From Candidatus Kerfeldbacteria bacterium (GTDB taxonomy: Bacteria; Patescibacteriota; Patescibacteriia; UBA10025; JAHIVO01), in assembly GCA_016214565.1 (NCBI GenBank), contig JACROE010000002.1:984007-1048006 (forward strand): a stretch of 64,000 bases of DNA, given 5' to 3'. Of this stretch, positions 56,249 to 64,000 are shown piece by piece. The notes beneath the pieces are model-generated. The model was not told the origin of the DNA, did not search any database, and worked only from the letters and a program-made list of their open reading frames with translations. The position numbers and the translations under genes were made by a program. How positions within the stretch are numbered: the first letter of the stretch is position 1; every line of letters starts with the position of its first letter.

Positions 56249-57943
56249 TTATTTAGCTATGTGGACTGATTTACCGGGTTGCAATTTGTGAGGATTGTGA
56301 CTTTTTGTTTGTGTGGGCATACTCGCAGAGCTCTGAATAGGTTTGATTACTGGCCGCGATGGAGAAGGGCGGACAATCTTGGGCTCAACCGTGAGCCGCG
56401 GTTTACCTGAAAATGGCGCTGGTTTACGTGCTAATGCCTGGCTTAATGAAATGGTTGTAGTGGCTGGCTCGATCTCTACGTCAGTCAAAGATTTAAAGTC
56501 AACAGCTGGTTTTGCCTGGACAGCAGGCTTCGGAACAAATGGTTTATTCACTCTCGGGGTCATGCGTTGTTCTGAAGGCACAATCTGATGTTTGCGCTTA
56601 TAAGAACCTTCATCACCTGCAATTGCGCGATTATCAGCGTCAGCCGATGCACGATACATATCCTGAACCCCACTCCAGCGCAATATTCGATCCTCCACAT
56701 CCGCTCGTGCCTGGCTATACCGCTCCCGAGATACTCTAATAACTTTATCCCTATTATTCGTTTGCCCTTCCACTGGAGGTAGGGTCGTAGCAGAAAAAGG
56801 AGCTGAAGCGACACCATCAATCATTAGTTTTAAGTACACATCATATTTTGTCAGATTTACCAAATCCTCTTCAATAAAGGTTGGGAAAAACTCCTTTGCA
56901 AGAAATTCGGAATCGGCTGCTCCTACGCGAAAGCACATGATGGTTCCCACGTTGCCAAATACTGCTGCTCTCACCTCTTCGTCAAGTTGTTCAATGTACT
57001 GATGAGCAATAATTAAGTTAAGACGATATTTACGAGCTTCGGACAAAATACTGGCAAAACTTTCTGTAGCAAAGTTCTGAAACTCATCAACATACAAATA
57101 AAAGTCATTACGCTCTTTTTCGGGGATATCTACTCGGCTCATAGCTGCCAACTGCAAACGTGTAATCATCATTGCCCCGAGCAAAGCCGAATTATCTTCA
57201 CCGATTCTACCTTTAGAAAGGTTAAGAAGCAGAATTTTATTTTGGTCCATCAGCTCACGCAAATTAATTGTACTTTTTGATTGACCAACGATATTTCGAA
57301 TAACTGAGCTAGACAGAAACTGTCCAACTTTATTTTGAATAGGGGCAATAGCTTCATTTCGAAAACGATCATTATATGAGGCGTACTCATCGATCCAAAA
57401 ACTTTTGACAATCGGATCGGTGATGCGGTCAACTACTTTCTTTCTATAGTTTTTATCAACCAAAATGCGCGCTATACCAAGCATAGTTGATCCAGGATAC
57501 TCTAGAAGCGCAAGAATACAATTATTTAATATGTATTCCATTCGAGCGCTCCAGACCCCCTCCCATATTTTCGTAAATACACCCATCAAACCAGAGGCTA
57601 CCAAATGACGCTGATCTGGATTGACACTTTCGAGCACATTAAAGCCTATCGGAAACTCCAGGTCGGCCGGATCAAAATACACTACATCATTAATCCGATA
57701 CGAAGGAATAAAATCAAGCACTTTTTCTATCAAGTCACCGTGAGGATCAACGAGTGCTAAGCCCTTCCCCGACCGAATATCCGATATGACCATGTTTTCA
57801 ATCACGGTGGTCTTGCCCATGCCAGTTTTCCCAATCAAATACATATGACGACGCCGATCGTCAGTCTTGATGCCAAACGTTCGATTGAGGTTACGAAAGT
57901 TTGTTTTGGCAAAAAATGTTATTTCGTTTTGGTCAGCAGGCAT
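56249..57943 (-). CDS. Soluble type-IV coupling protein-like ATPase (VirD4/TraD/TraG family, TraG-D_C-like) with a Pro/Ala-rich C-terminal tail
   Basis: Walker A YLIGKTGMGKTT...LALVDPHGD. Walker B-to-motif-C region LYVDEFQNFATE...LNLIIAHQYIEQLD. No N-terminal TM. Last roughly 130 aa are low-complexity (KPFVPKPAVQAKPAV...). Confidence 0.6.
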   Translation of the reverse strand: MPADQNEITFFAKTNFRNLNRTFGIKTDDRRRHMYLIGKTGMGKTTVIENMVISDIRSGKGLALVDPHGDLIEKVLDFIPSYRINDVVYFDPADLEFPIGFNVLESVNPDQRHLVASGLMGVFTKIWEGVWSARMEYILNNCILALLEYPGSTMLGIARILVDKNYRKKVVDRITDPIVKSFWIDEYASYNDRFRNEAIAPIQNKVGQFLSSSVIRNIVGQSKSTINLRELMDQNKILLLNLSKGRIGEDNSALLGAMMITRLQLAAMSRVDIPEKERNDFYLYVDEFQNFATESFASILSEARKYRLNLIIAHQYIEQLDEEVRAAVFGNVGTIMCFRVGAADSEFLAKEFFPTFIEEDLVNLTKYDVYLKLMIDGVASAPFSATTLPPVEGQTNNRDKVIRVSRERYSQARADVEDRILRWSGVQDMYRASADADNRAIAGDEGSYKRKHQIVPSEQRMTPRVNKPFVPKPAVQAKPAVDFKSLTDVEIEPATTTISLSQALARKPAPFSGKPRLTVEPKIVRPSPSRPVIKPIQSSASMPTQTKSHNPHKLQPGKSVHIAK

Positions 57944-57946
57944 ACA

Positions 57947-59344
57947 TTATGCAGGTAAGTTAGAGGGTGGTGGGGCCTTTTCTTCGACTGCCATACTAGG
58001 TCGAGCAGACTGCGTAGATACAAGTGATTCAACAGGGAGAGAAATAGGCGGCTGTCCTTTCTTAGCGTCAACATGCTGCACGGCGGATACTTTCACATCC
58101 TTAACCGGGAAGTGCCAAAGACTTGCCAACTCCTCTGTGTTTAACATATATCCATGGTATCCACGTTCAATGCTACGCTTTCGATACGCCCTTAATACAC
58201 GCCGCTTACGGCCGATCTCACGCCACTTAAAGTAATCAACGCTTGTTTTAGTCTTTTTTTGAACGTCAAATCCGTTCAAATTTTGAGTATTAAATTGAAA
58301 GATTGCGCCATGAATCGCATTTACTCCTTTATCCTTATTCAGCTTACCCTTCGGCGCTCCATAAATCATGCGCAGTTTACTGCGAAATCCAAGCTTTGAA
58401 ATTTTAAATCCAATCGCTGACACGATCTCCTGCTCTTCAGGTGATAAGTGCTGCATCAAAGATGGAGGATCATGAGAATCCTTTTTACCCGCCTCGCCCA
58501 TTTCTGTGGTAGGCAAAAAAGAAGCTGTAAACGACTCGGTAAGTCCTTTACCTACCTCACGAGGAAAATACATTAAATCCACACCATGCTTTTCGGATTT
58601 GCGGCCAATCAATTTATTTATTTCATGCAAACCTTTTTCTCGCCAGTGATTCCCCTCTGGCTCAATCAATAACTGTAGCCACATGTGTTCACCTGGACCC
58701 ATCCGACTTAATATTTCCATCAGTGAAGCTAGTGGATCAAGTAAACGCTGAGATAGTGAATGCTCAAACATGGGGTAGGTACGGATCGGATAGCAGTCCT
58801 TATTTGTCATTTTGTACTCAGTCCCCCAAATATCCCACTCTGAATTTTCTAATTCCATAGGTTTAGGCAGCATGTCTACATAGTCTTCTACTTCAGTTAT
58901 TTCTGCGTCAGGGTACTGAGCATACATCGCTGCTTCTATCAAATCGCGGAATTTACTAGGGGTGTAGATGAGAAACTGAATGTATCCTTCAATACTAACT
59001 ATTTCTAAACTAAGTGAGTACTGCTGGTATCCTTCAATATATCGCTCAACCATGTTGCCCCGCTTTTTTATGGCATATAAATGGGCAAATATTTGTTCAA
59101 CGGCTTTAGGGCTTAACTCATTCATTTGTGGAATATCTATTGCCAAAAGAGAATAATCAAGCTCTTCCTCAAATTTAATACGGACATGCTCAAGTCGCCA
59201 TACCCAGAGCCCCCAAAGCAGTAAACAAATAAATACAATCCAGCCACCGTTCGCAAATATTAAAAACATTGCGCTGAAAGGGTTATCAGCGCTCGGTAAA
59301 CCATTGACGATTGCAGTTGGATCAAATACAAGGAACTGAAACAT
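57947..59344 (-). CDS. Hypothetical N-terminally membrane-anchored protein (operon partner of the coupling ATPase)
   Basis: Hydrophobic N-terminal 50 aa (1-2 TM), then an approximately 400-aa soluble domain with no recognisable family. Overlaps the downstream ATPase gene by 4 nt. Confidence 0.45.
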   Translation of the reverse strand: MFQFLVFDPTAIVNGLPSADNPFSAMFLIFANGGWIVFICLLLWGLWVWRLEHVRIKFEEELDYSLLAIDIPQMNELSPKAVEQIFAHLYAIKKRGNMVERYIEGYQQYSLSLEIVSIEGYIQFLIYTPSKFRDLIEAAMYAQYPDAEITEVEDYVDMLPKPMELENSEWDIWGTEYKMTNKDCYPIRTYPMFEHSLSQRLLDPLASLMEILSRMGPGEHMWLQLLIEPEGNHWREKGLHEINKLIGRKSEKHGVDLMYFPREVGKGLTESFTASFLPTTEMGEAGKKDSHDPPSLMQHLSPEEQEIVSAIGFKISKLGFRSKLRMIYGAPKGKLNKDKGVNAIHGAIFQFNTQNLNGFDVQKKTKTSVDYFKWREIGRKRRVLRAYRKRSIERGYHGYMLNTEELASLWHFPVKDVKVSAVQHVDAKKGQPPISLPVESLVSTQSARPSMAVEEKAPPPSNLPA

Positions 59345-59367
59345 ACGAGGTTGGAATGGATGATGGC

Positions 59368-60486
59368 CTATGCAGCAACGGGTGAATAGGTTCCATCGGG
59401 TAGTTTAGTAAATTTTGACTTATCGGTCAGCGCTAGGTGTATGGTGTTCTTTTTTACCATACGCTGTTTTAAAACAAGCTGAACTAGCTCATCTCGACTC
59501 AAAGGCCGACCGGCATCACGAAGAATTTCTTGCAAAACCGCTGCAACCACACCAGGCTTATACCCCCATTCCTTTAACGCGTAGATACCCCGCCCAACCA
59601 GCACATAGTGATCATTGAGAATAAGCTCATTATGTACTGTTGGTGGGTAAGCACGACGATTGTCAAATTTCGTATCATTAATTACTTTAGTAATTTCCGT
59701 AAAATGCATCGGCTTACCGGCTTTTTTTAGTACGAGATATATTTTGTCGTTCATGCGTTTTGGAACAATGCTGCCCCAGTCGCTTATGCCGTATTCATCA
59801 AAAGGATTTTTCGAAATTCTTTGACCAACTTGAACATATGCGATAATTGCCTCATCAGTTAGTTGTCCCTGATTTTGATTATACACAGTCGACTTTTTTA
59901 TTTCTGCTAAAAGCTCAGTAGCTGAAAGTGGTTTACCAATGCGTGTAATAATTGAAAGCGATTCATTAATTATGTCTCGCAATAAATGCATCGGTGCATG
60001 CACTGTTCGCCATGATTGACGAAATTCTGCCGATTCTTTGATCAGTTTAAAAGTTTCGTCAAGCAATTCAGATATAATAAAGAGTAAATTATTACGATGA
60101 ACATCGGTCTCCCCAACCACTTGAAGTAATTGCTGCAGCAATAAATTTTCTGGCATTATTCCGCCATGTTGGTCAAGCACTGAACTTACGGCGCTGCGTA
60201 TGTGAGTTATAATTCCAGCAAACTCTTTCGACTTTCTAATTTTAGTAATGGCGGTGTTTTCAATTTGCCGCACACGTTCGCGAGTTACTTTGTATGTAGC
60301 GCCAATCTCCTCTAGTGTTTCATGGGGTTTACCACTTAAACCATATCGACGTCTAAGAACGTCGTCTTCTCGAGGAGTAAGCGACTTAAATAACTGTGAT
60401 ACGACATCGGTGGGGTTAAATTGTTCGATGTCGGTTGATTGTTTACTGGAAATGACCCGATCAAGGATAGAGTGTTGATCGTCCAT
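59368..60486 (-). CDS. Two-HTH protein: N-terminal sigma70 region-4-like HTH, C-terminal HARE-HTH-like domain
   Basis: LTPREDDVLRRRYGLSGKPHETLEEIGATYKVTRERVRQIENTAITKIRK is sigma70 region 4.2. C-terminal KPMHFTEITKVI...YVLVGRGIYALKEWGY resembles HARE-HTH (GRGxYxL). Confidence 0.5.
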   Translation of the reverse strand: MDDQHSILDRVISSKQSTDIEQFNPTDVVSQLFKSLTPREDDVLRRRYGLSGKPHETLEEIGATYKVTRERVRQIENTAITKIRKSKEFAGIITHIRSAVSSVLDQHGGIMPENLLLQQLLQVVGETDVHRNNLLFIISELLDETFKLIKESAEFRQSWRTVHAPMHLLRDIINESLSIITRIGKPLSATELLAEIKKSTVYNQNQGQLTDEAIIAYVQVGQRISKNPFDEYGISDWGSIVPKRMNDKIYLVLKKAGKPMHFTEITKVINDTKFDNRRAYPPTVHNELILNDHYVLVGRGIYALKEWGYKPGVVAAVLQEILRDAGRPLSRDELVQLVLKQRMVKKNTIHLALTDKSKFTKLPDGTYSPVAA

Positions 60487-60641
60487 AATAGCGGAAAGTT
60501 AATGACCAAAATACTAATACACCTATAATATAGCATACTTTTAAAGATGTGTCAAGATTTTCCTGCTATTTCACCAGAATATCAATTTCAATGTCAATAC
60601 AAAAAGAGAGTCTCAATCAAAGACGCTAGGTAAGGTATAGT

Positions 60642-61538
60642 TTATGATCGGCGACGGAATTTGTACCAATCTACGAGAAATGGACTGCCAATAAATATTG
60701 ACGAATAAGTACCAACAATGATACCGAGAATTAAAGCTAGTATAAAGAAACGAATTGAATCTCCACCAAAAAAATATAAGGCAACAAGTACCAATAATGT
60801 GGTTAATGACGTATTCAGTGAACGGACGAGTGTTTGATTAACACTTAAATTTACAATTTCAGCAAATGGTCTATGACCATGGGTTTTTAAGTTTTCTCTC
60901 GTCCTATCATACACGACTATTGAATCGTGAACCGAAAAGCCCAATACGGTTAGTACGGCTGTGATAAACAAAATATCAATTTCAACATTGAAAAATTTCC
61001 CCAGAAATGCAAATAACCCCAGCACAATAATTACGTCATGAAAAAGTGCAATTAAAACTCCAAATCCGTACATCCATGAACTTACCATTTTATTTCCTGA
61101 CTTTCGAAAAGCAAAAGTAATGTACAAAAGTATAAAGGAAAGTACAAGAATTATAGCCATTCCTGCTTTATCACGAAGCTCCTTGCCAATCGTCGGTCCA
61201 ATCGATTCAAAAGATTGAGCAGTTGTACCGGAAAATTTTTCACTCAAAGAATCGAGTACCCGCTGATATTCCTCCTGACTTAATTCTTTCATGCGTATAC
61301 TTGCATCATGAGTAGCCAGCGGTTGAACTTGGATACCACCTAGTCCGAGCGGTGCCAATTGGTCTAAAATTTCTTGGGGCTGTGGACGCACGTCAGAAAA
61401 GCTCACCCGAATAAGGCTTCCACCGGTAAAATCAATACCCAGCTTAAGCCCTCCAATCGCAATCATAACGATGCTTGAAACAATAAGAACAGCGGAGACA
61501 CCGTACCACCAAATTCTTTTACCAATTATGTTATACAT
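60642..61538 (-). CDS. secF: Protein translocase subunit SecF
   Basis: GIDFTGGSLI and the six-TM SecF topology. Confidence 0.85.
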   Translation of the reverse strand: MYNIIGKRIWWYGVSAVLIVSSIVMIAIGGLKLGIDFTGGSLIRVSFSDVRPQPQEILDQLAPLGLGGIQVQPLATHDASIRMKELSQEEYQRVLDSLSEKFSGTTAQSFESIGPTIGKELRDKAGMAIILVLSFILLYITFAFRKSGNKMVSSWMYGFGVLIALFHDVIIVLGLFAFLGKFFNVEIDILFITAVLTVLGFSVHDSIVVYDRTRENLKTHGHRPFAEIVNLSVNQTLVRSLNTSLTTLLVLVALYFFGGDSIRFFILALILGIIVGTYSSIFIGSPFLVDWYKFRRRS

Positions 61539-61551
61539 ACATTAATTGGGG

Positions 61552-63204
61552 CTAATTATGTTTGATATTAATAAATAACTTTGGATGACGCTCAAACCAC
61601 GGCCCACTGATAACACGCAAAAAAGTATGGCTTACAGTAATAGCCGAAAACATACTAATCAGAACTCCCAAGCCTAATGTAATAGCAAAACCCTGCACCA
61701 CGCTAGTCCCAAACCAACCCAATATCGCACAAGTGATCAATGTTGATATATTCGAATCTCGAATTGATGGCCAAGCACGTGCGAAACCTGCCTCAAGAGC
61801 TCCAAACAATCCGCGGCTATTACGAAGCTCCTCACGACTCCGTTCAAAAATAAGCACATTTGCGTCTACGGCCATACCTACCGACAAAATAAAACCAGCC
61901 ACACCCGCTAAAGTTAATGTAATGGGTATTAATTTAAATAACGCTAAGGTTATGAGGGCATAAATTACTAAGGCAATAGAGGCGATTAGGCCAGGTAATC
62001 TATAGTAAGCAATCATGAAAACCACAACTAATAAAATACCTGCGATTCCGGCAAAGAAACTTTTTTCTACGGACTGAGTACCAAGCGTAGCTCCAACTTG
62101 TGACTGAGAAACAAGTGCAATGGGAACCGGCAACGCGCCAGCATTAAGCCGCTGAGCAAGTAAACGCGAATCTTCAAGGGTAAAGTCGCCCGTTATTACG
62201 GCGCTACCACCTGATATCGCCTGATTGACTCGGGGTAATGAAATCGGCGATCCATCAAGAAAAATTCCAACAATTTGGTTAACATTTCGCGCTGTAATGT
62301 CCTCAAAAAGTTTAGCACCCTCGCTATCAAACTCTAAGCTCACTTGGGGTTGATTAGTGGTTTGATCAAAAGTAACGATCGCACGATCTAAGTTCTTTCC
62401 TGATAACTCTGTATTTGCCCACTCAACGCTCCCCTCAACAGATTGTTTAGCGAATAAAATGTGGCTAGCACGAGCCTCATCATTGCGCGCATCAGTTTTC
62501 TTAATAATATGATAACCGAATTCAGATTCTACAATGTCCGGGTATACTTGACCGACCTCTAGTTTATCGAAAACAACGTCAGCAAATTCAGCGACCATAA
62601 CCTCTCGTGTAAAAAAATCTAGGTCGCCGCCACGTTTTTCGCCCGTTTCCTGGTCCGTGTTTCCCGGATCCTGAGAATATTGGTTTGCTAATGCAGCAAA
62701 ATCAGCATCGGGCTTAAGCGCATCAGCAAGCACGGATTTCGCCTGTTCAAAAGCGGCGGCATTGGACGCTTCGGCTTGCGCCTTCTCTTCAGATGTTAAT
62801 TCTTTTGTCTTTTGTTCACGAAACTCGAGTAATGGCGTTTCACCAATAGTGTCAATCGCTTGCTGAACATCGTGTATACCGGCTAACTCAACAATCACTC
62901 GCCACTGATCGCCGGATTGATTAGTCTGTACCACTGGCTCAGAAACACCGAGCGCGTTTACCCGGCGTTCAACGACATCACGAACACCATCAAGTGCTGA
63001 CACCTGCTCGGTCGTAGCAATTGCTGAGGTATCTGCATTATAAACCAATTGCGTTCCACCCTGGAGATCAAGGCCCAGATGAACTTTTACCTCTCGAAAA
63101 TAGTTGCCGATAGAAATATCAGGTCCATTCGGATAGCTCGCCAAGCCAGCCAATATAGAAATCGCAATAATACTGATAAAACTTAGCCAAATTCGTTTAC
63201 GCAT
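61552..63204 (-). CDS. secD: Protein translocase subunit SecD with a parvulin-like insertion in the periplasmic P1 domain
   Basis: LGLDLQGGTQLVY and a conserved P1 base and TM2-6. Residues about 138-252 read GGDLDFF...FGYHIIKKTD...ASHILF, which are parvulin PPIase motifs. Confidence 0.85.
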   Translation of the reverse strand: MRKRIWLSFISIIAISILAGLASYPNGPDISIGNYFREVKVHLGLDLQGGTQLVYNADTSAIATTEQVSALDGVRDVVERRVNALGVSEPVVQTNQSGDQWRVIVELAGIHDVQQAIDTIGETPLLEFREQKTKELTSEEKAQAEASNAAAFEQAKSVLADALKPDADFAALANQYSQDPGNTDQETGEKRGGDLDFFTREVMVAEFADVVFDKLEVGQVYPDIVESEFGYHIIKKTDARNDEARASHILFAKQSVEGSVEWANTELSGKNLDRAIVTFDQTTNQPQVSLEFDSEGAKLFEDITARNVNQIVGIFLDGSPISLPRVNQAISGGSAVITGDFTLEDSRLLAQRLNAGALPVPIALVSQSQVGATLGTQSVEKSFFAGIAGILLVVVFMIAYYRLPGLIASIALVIYALITLALFKLIPITLTLAGVAGFILSVGMAVDANVLIFERSREELRNSRGLFGALEAGFARAWPSIRDSNISTLITCAILGWFGTSVVQGFAITLGLGVLISMFSAITVSHTFLRVISGPWFERHPKLFINIKHN

Positions 63205-63338
63205 AGAAATCTGTGTATCTCACTAATCAGCTACTCGTCTCATGAGTAGACTAACAGATTTTAGCAGAATACTAATTTCGGTGCAACAAATCCGCATGCC
63301 CTGATGAACATACGGACCGAAACAAATGGTCAAGTAGA

Positions 63339-64000
63339 TTATTGCTTAATTATAACGGTGTCCCCTATCTGCATCCAGTCATAGAGCCACACGGCATCCT
63401 TATAAGCAATATTAACGCAGCCGTGACTCATTGGTTTGCCAAAATTATTGTGCCAGTAGGCACCATGCAGCAACCGCGGTCCATCAAATCTTAGATTGTA
63501 CAAGGTGTTGGGCAAATAATAATCAGGTCCAGAATACAAATGTGAATAAATTTTTTCAGATATTTGGAATGTTCCTGGCCGTGTTGGAGTTTTTGGTAAA
63601 CCTGTGGAAACAAGGAAGCTCTTTACCATACGCCCGTTCTCAAAGGCTTCCAGCCGTTGATCGGATAAATCTACCTGAACATAACGAGCGTGGCTTAAAG
63701 CGCTTTCAGCCCGCCACGTCGAGGGGCCAGTTACCACTTCATCTTTACCATCTCCATCCAAATCTCCTGTCGCAATATTTACACCGCCTCTAAAATCTTT
63801 CCCGTAGGAAAAGAAATTTAGTCCAGTTAAAGTTCCATGTCCAGAGTAGCCGAGTACTTGTGGCCCACCGCCTTTACCAGCAGCTACGATAACTTCGTCA
63901 AACCCGTCACCGTTCATGTCGGCGCCAGCCATTCGAATGCCACCATGAAAATTATCGGGAAACGTTTTATAGGTCGAGAGCTGAGTATTGATACCATTTC
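63339..64000 (-). CDS. L,D-transpeptidase (YkuD) catalytic domain fused to FG-GAP repeats; 5' partial, running off the window end
   Basis: C-terminal RLLHGAYWHNNFGKPMSHGCVNIAYKDAVWLYDWMQIGDTVII (His/Cys of the YkuD domain). Upstream FG-GAP units (DLDGDGKDEVVTG, MNGDGFDEVIVAAGKGGGPQV). The frame stays open beyond 64000. Confidence 0.75.
   Translation of the reverse strand, partial: NGINTQLSTYKTFPDNFHGGIRMAGADMNGDGFDEVIVAAGKGGGPQVLGYSGHGTLTGLNFFSYGKDFRGGVNIATGDLDGDGKDEVVTGPSTWRAESALSHARYVQVDLSDQRLEAFENGRMVKSFLVSTGLPKTPTRPGTFQISEKIYSHLYSGPDYYLPNTLYNLRFDGPRLLHGAYWHNNFGKPMSHGCVNIAYKDAVWLYDWMQIGDTVIIKQ

Noticed and set aside
56343-56820. Several 60-90 aa ORFs on both strands within the T4CP-like gene's 3' region
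   Set aside because: They overlap the low-complexity Pro/Ala-rich tail of the coupling-ATPase gene, are compositionally driven, and have no motifs.

Overview
The window looks like a compact, low-GC, reduced genome, probably a CPR/Patescibacteria-type bacterium. That assignment is inference from gene content and protein architecture. From about 17 kb to the window end, roughly 50 consecutive genes lie on the minus strand with tiny or overlapping gaps. The recognisable housekeeping content is listed first, then the non-core elements.

Core loci:
- Three aminoacyl-tRNA synthetase genes, gltX, serS and lysS, read as normal. A short proS lacks the editing domain, and a short alaS lacks the C-Ala domain.
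- A cell-wall and division block: alr, a zinc-ribbon microprotein, ddl, ftsQ, then greA.
- mreB-mreC-mreD followed by PBP2 (mrdA), then rseP, frr and holB.
- A roughly 12 kb surface-polysaccharide cluster of GT2 and GT4 glycosyltransferases, a GT-C-like membrane protein, a Wzy-like polymerase and a Wzx flippase. A second mreB paralog and a DUF4012 membrane protein sit inside it.
- A ribosomal alpha-operon segment in the order infA, rpmJ (L36), rpsM, rpsK, rpsD, rpoA, rplQ, rplM, rpsI. rpmJ was not in the ORF track and was found by hand.
- mnmA and secD-secF.

Non-core items worth a second look:
1. A tight five-gene minus-strand operon at 54.4-60.5 kb. In transcription order it encodes a sigma70-region-4 plus HARE-HTH protein, an N-anchored membrane protein, a soluble VirD4/TraD-like coupling ATPase, a Cys-based dual-specificity phosphatase, and an OLD-family ABC-ATPase/Toprim nuclease. 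This is the best candidate in the window for a new defence or DNA-transfer module.
2. SecD carries a parvulin-like PPIase segment, apparently circularly permuted, in place of its periplasmic P1 head.
3. Two secreted peptidoglycan enzymes, an M23 peptidase and an L,D-transpeptidase (partial at the window end), are fused to FG-GAP/integrin-like repeat arrays.
4. RpoA has no alpha-CTD. It ends in an acidic linker followed by an AT-hook (KKKRGRPKK).
5. A low-GC islet pairs a Xer-like tyrosine recombinase with an overlapping HEPN-like gene carrying an Rx4H motif. Palindromes and inverted repeats flank it.
6. A stand-alone Cas4-like PD-(D/E)XK nuclease with an Fe-S-type cysteine pattern sits far from any CRISPR array.

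Several sigma70-type promoters (TTGACA/TTGAAA, a 17-nt spacer, TATAAT-like) and intrinsic terminators are directly readable. No rRNA, tRNA or CRISPR array was found.
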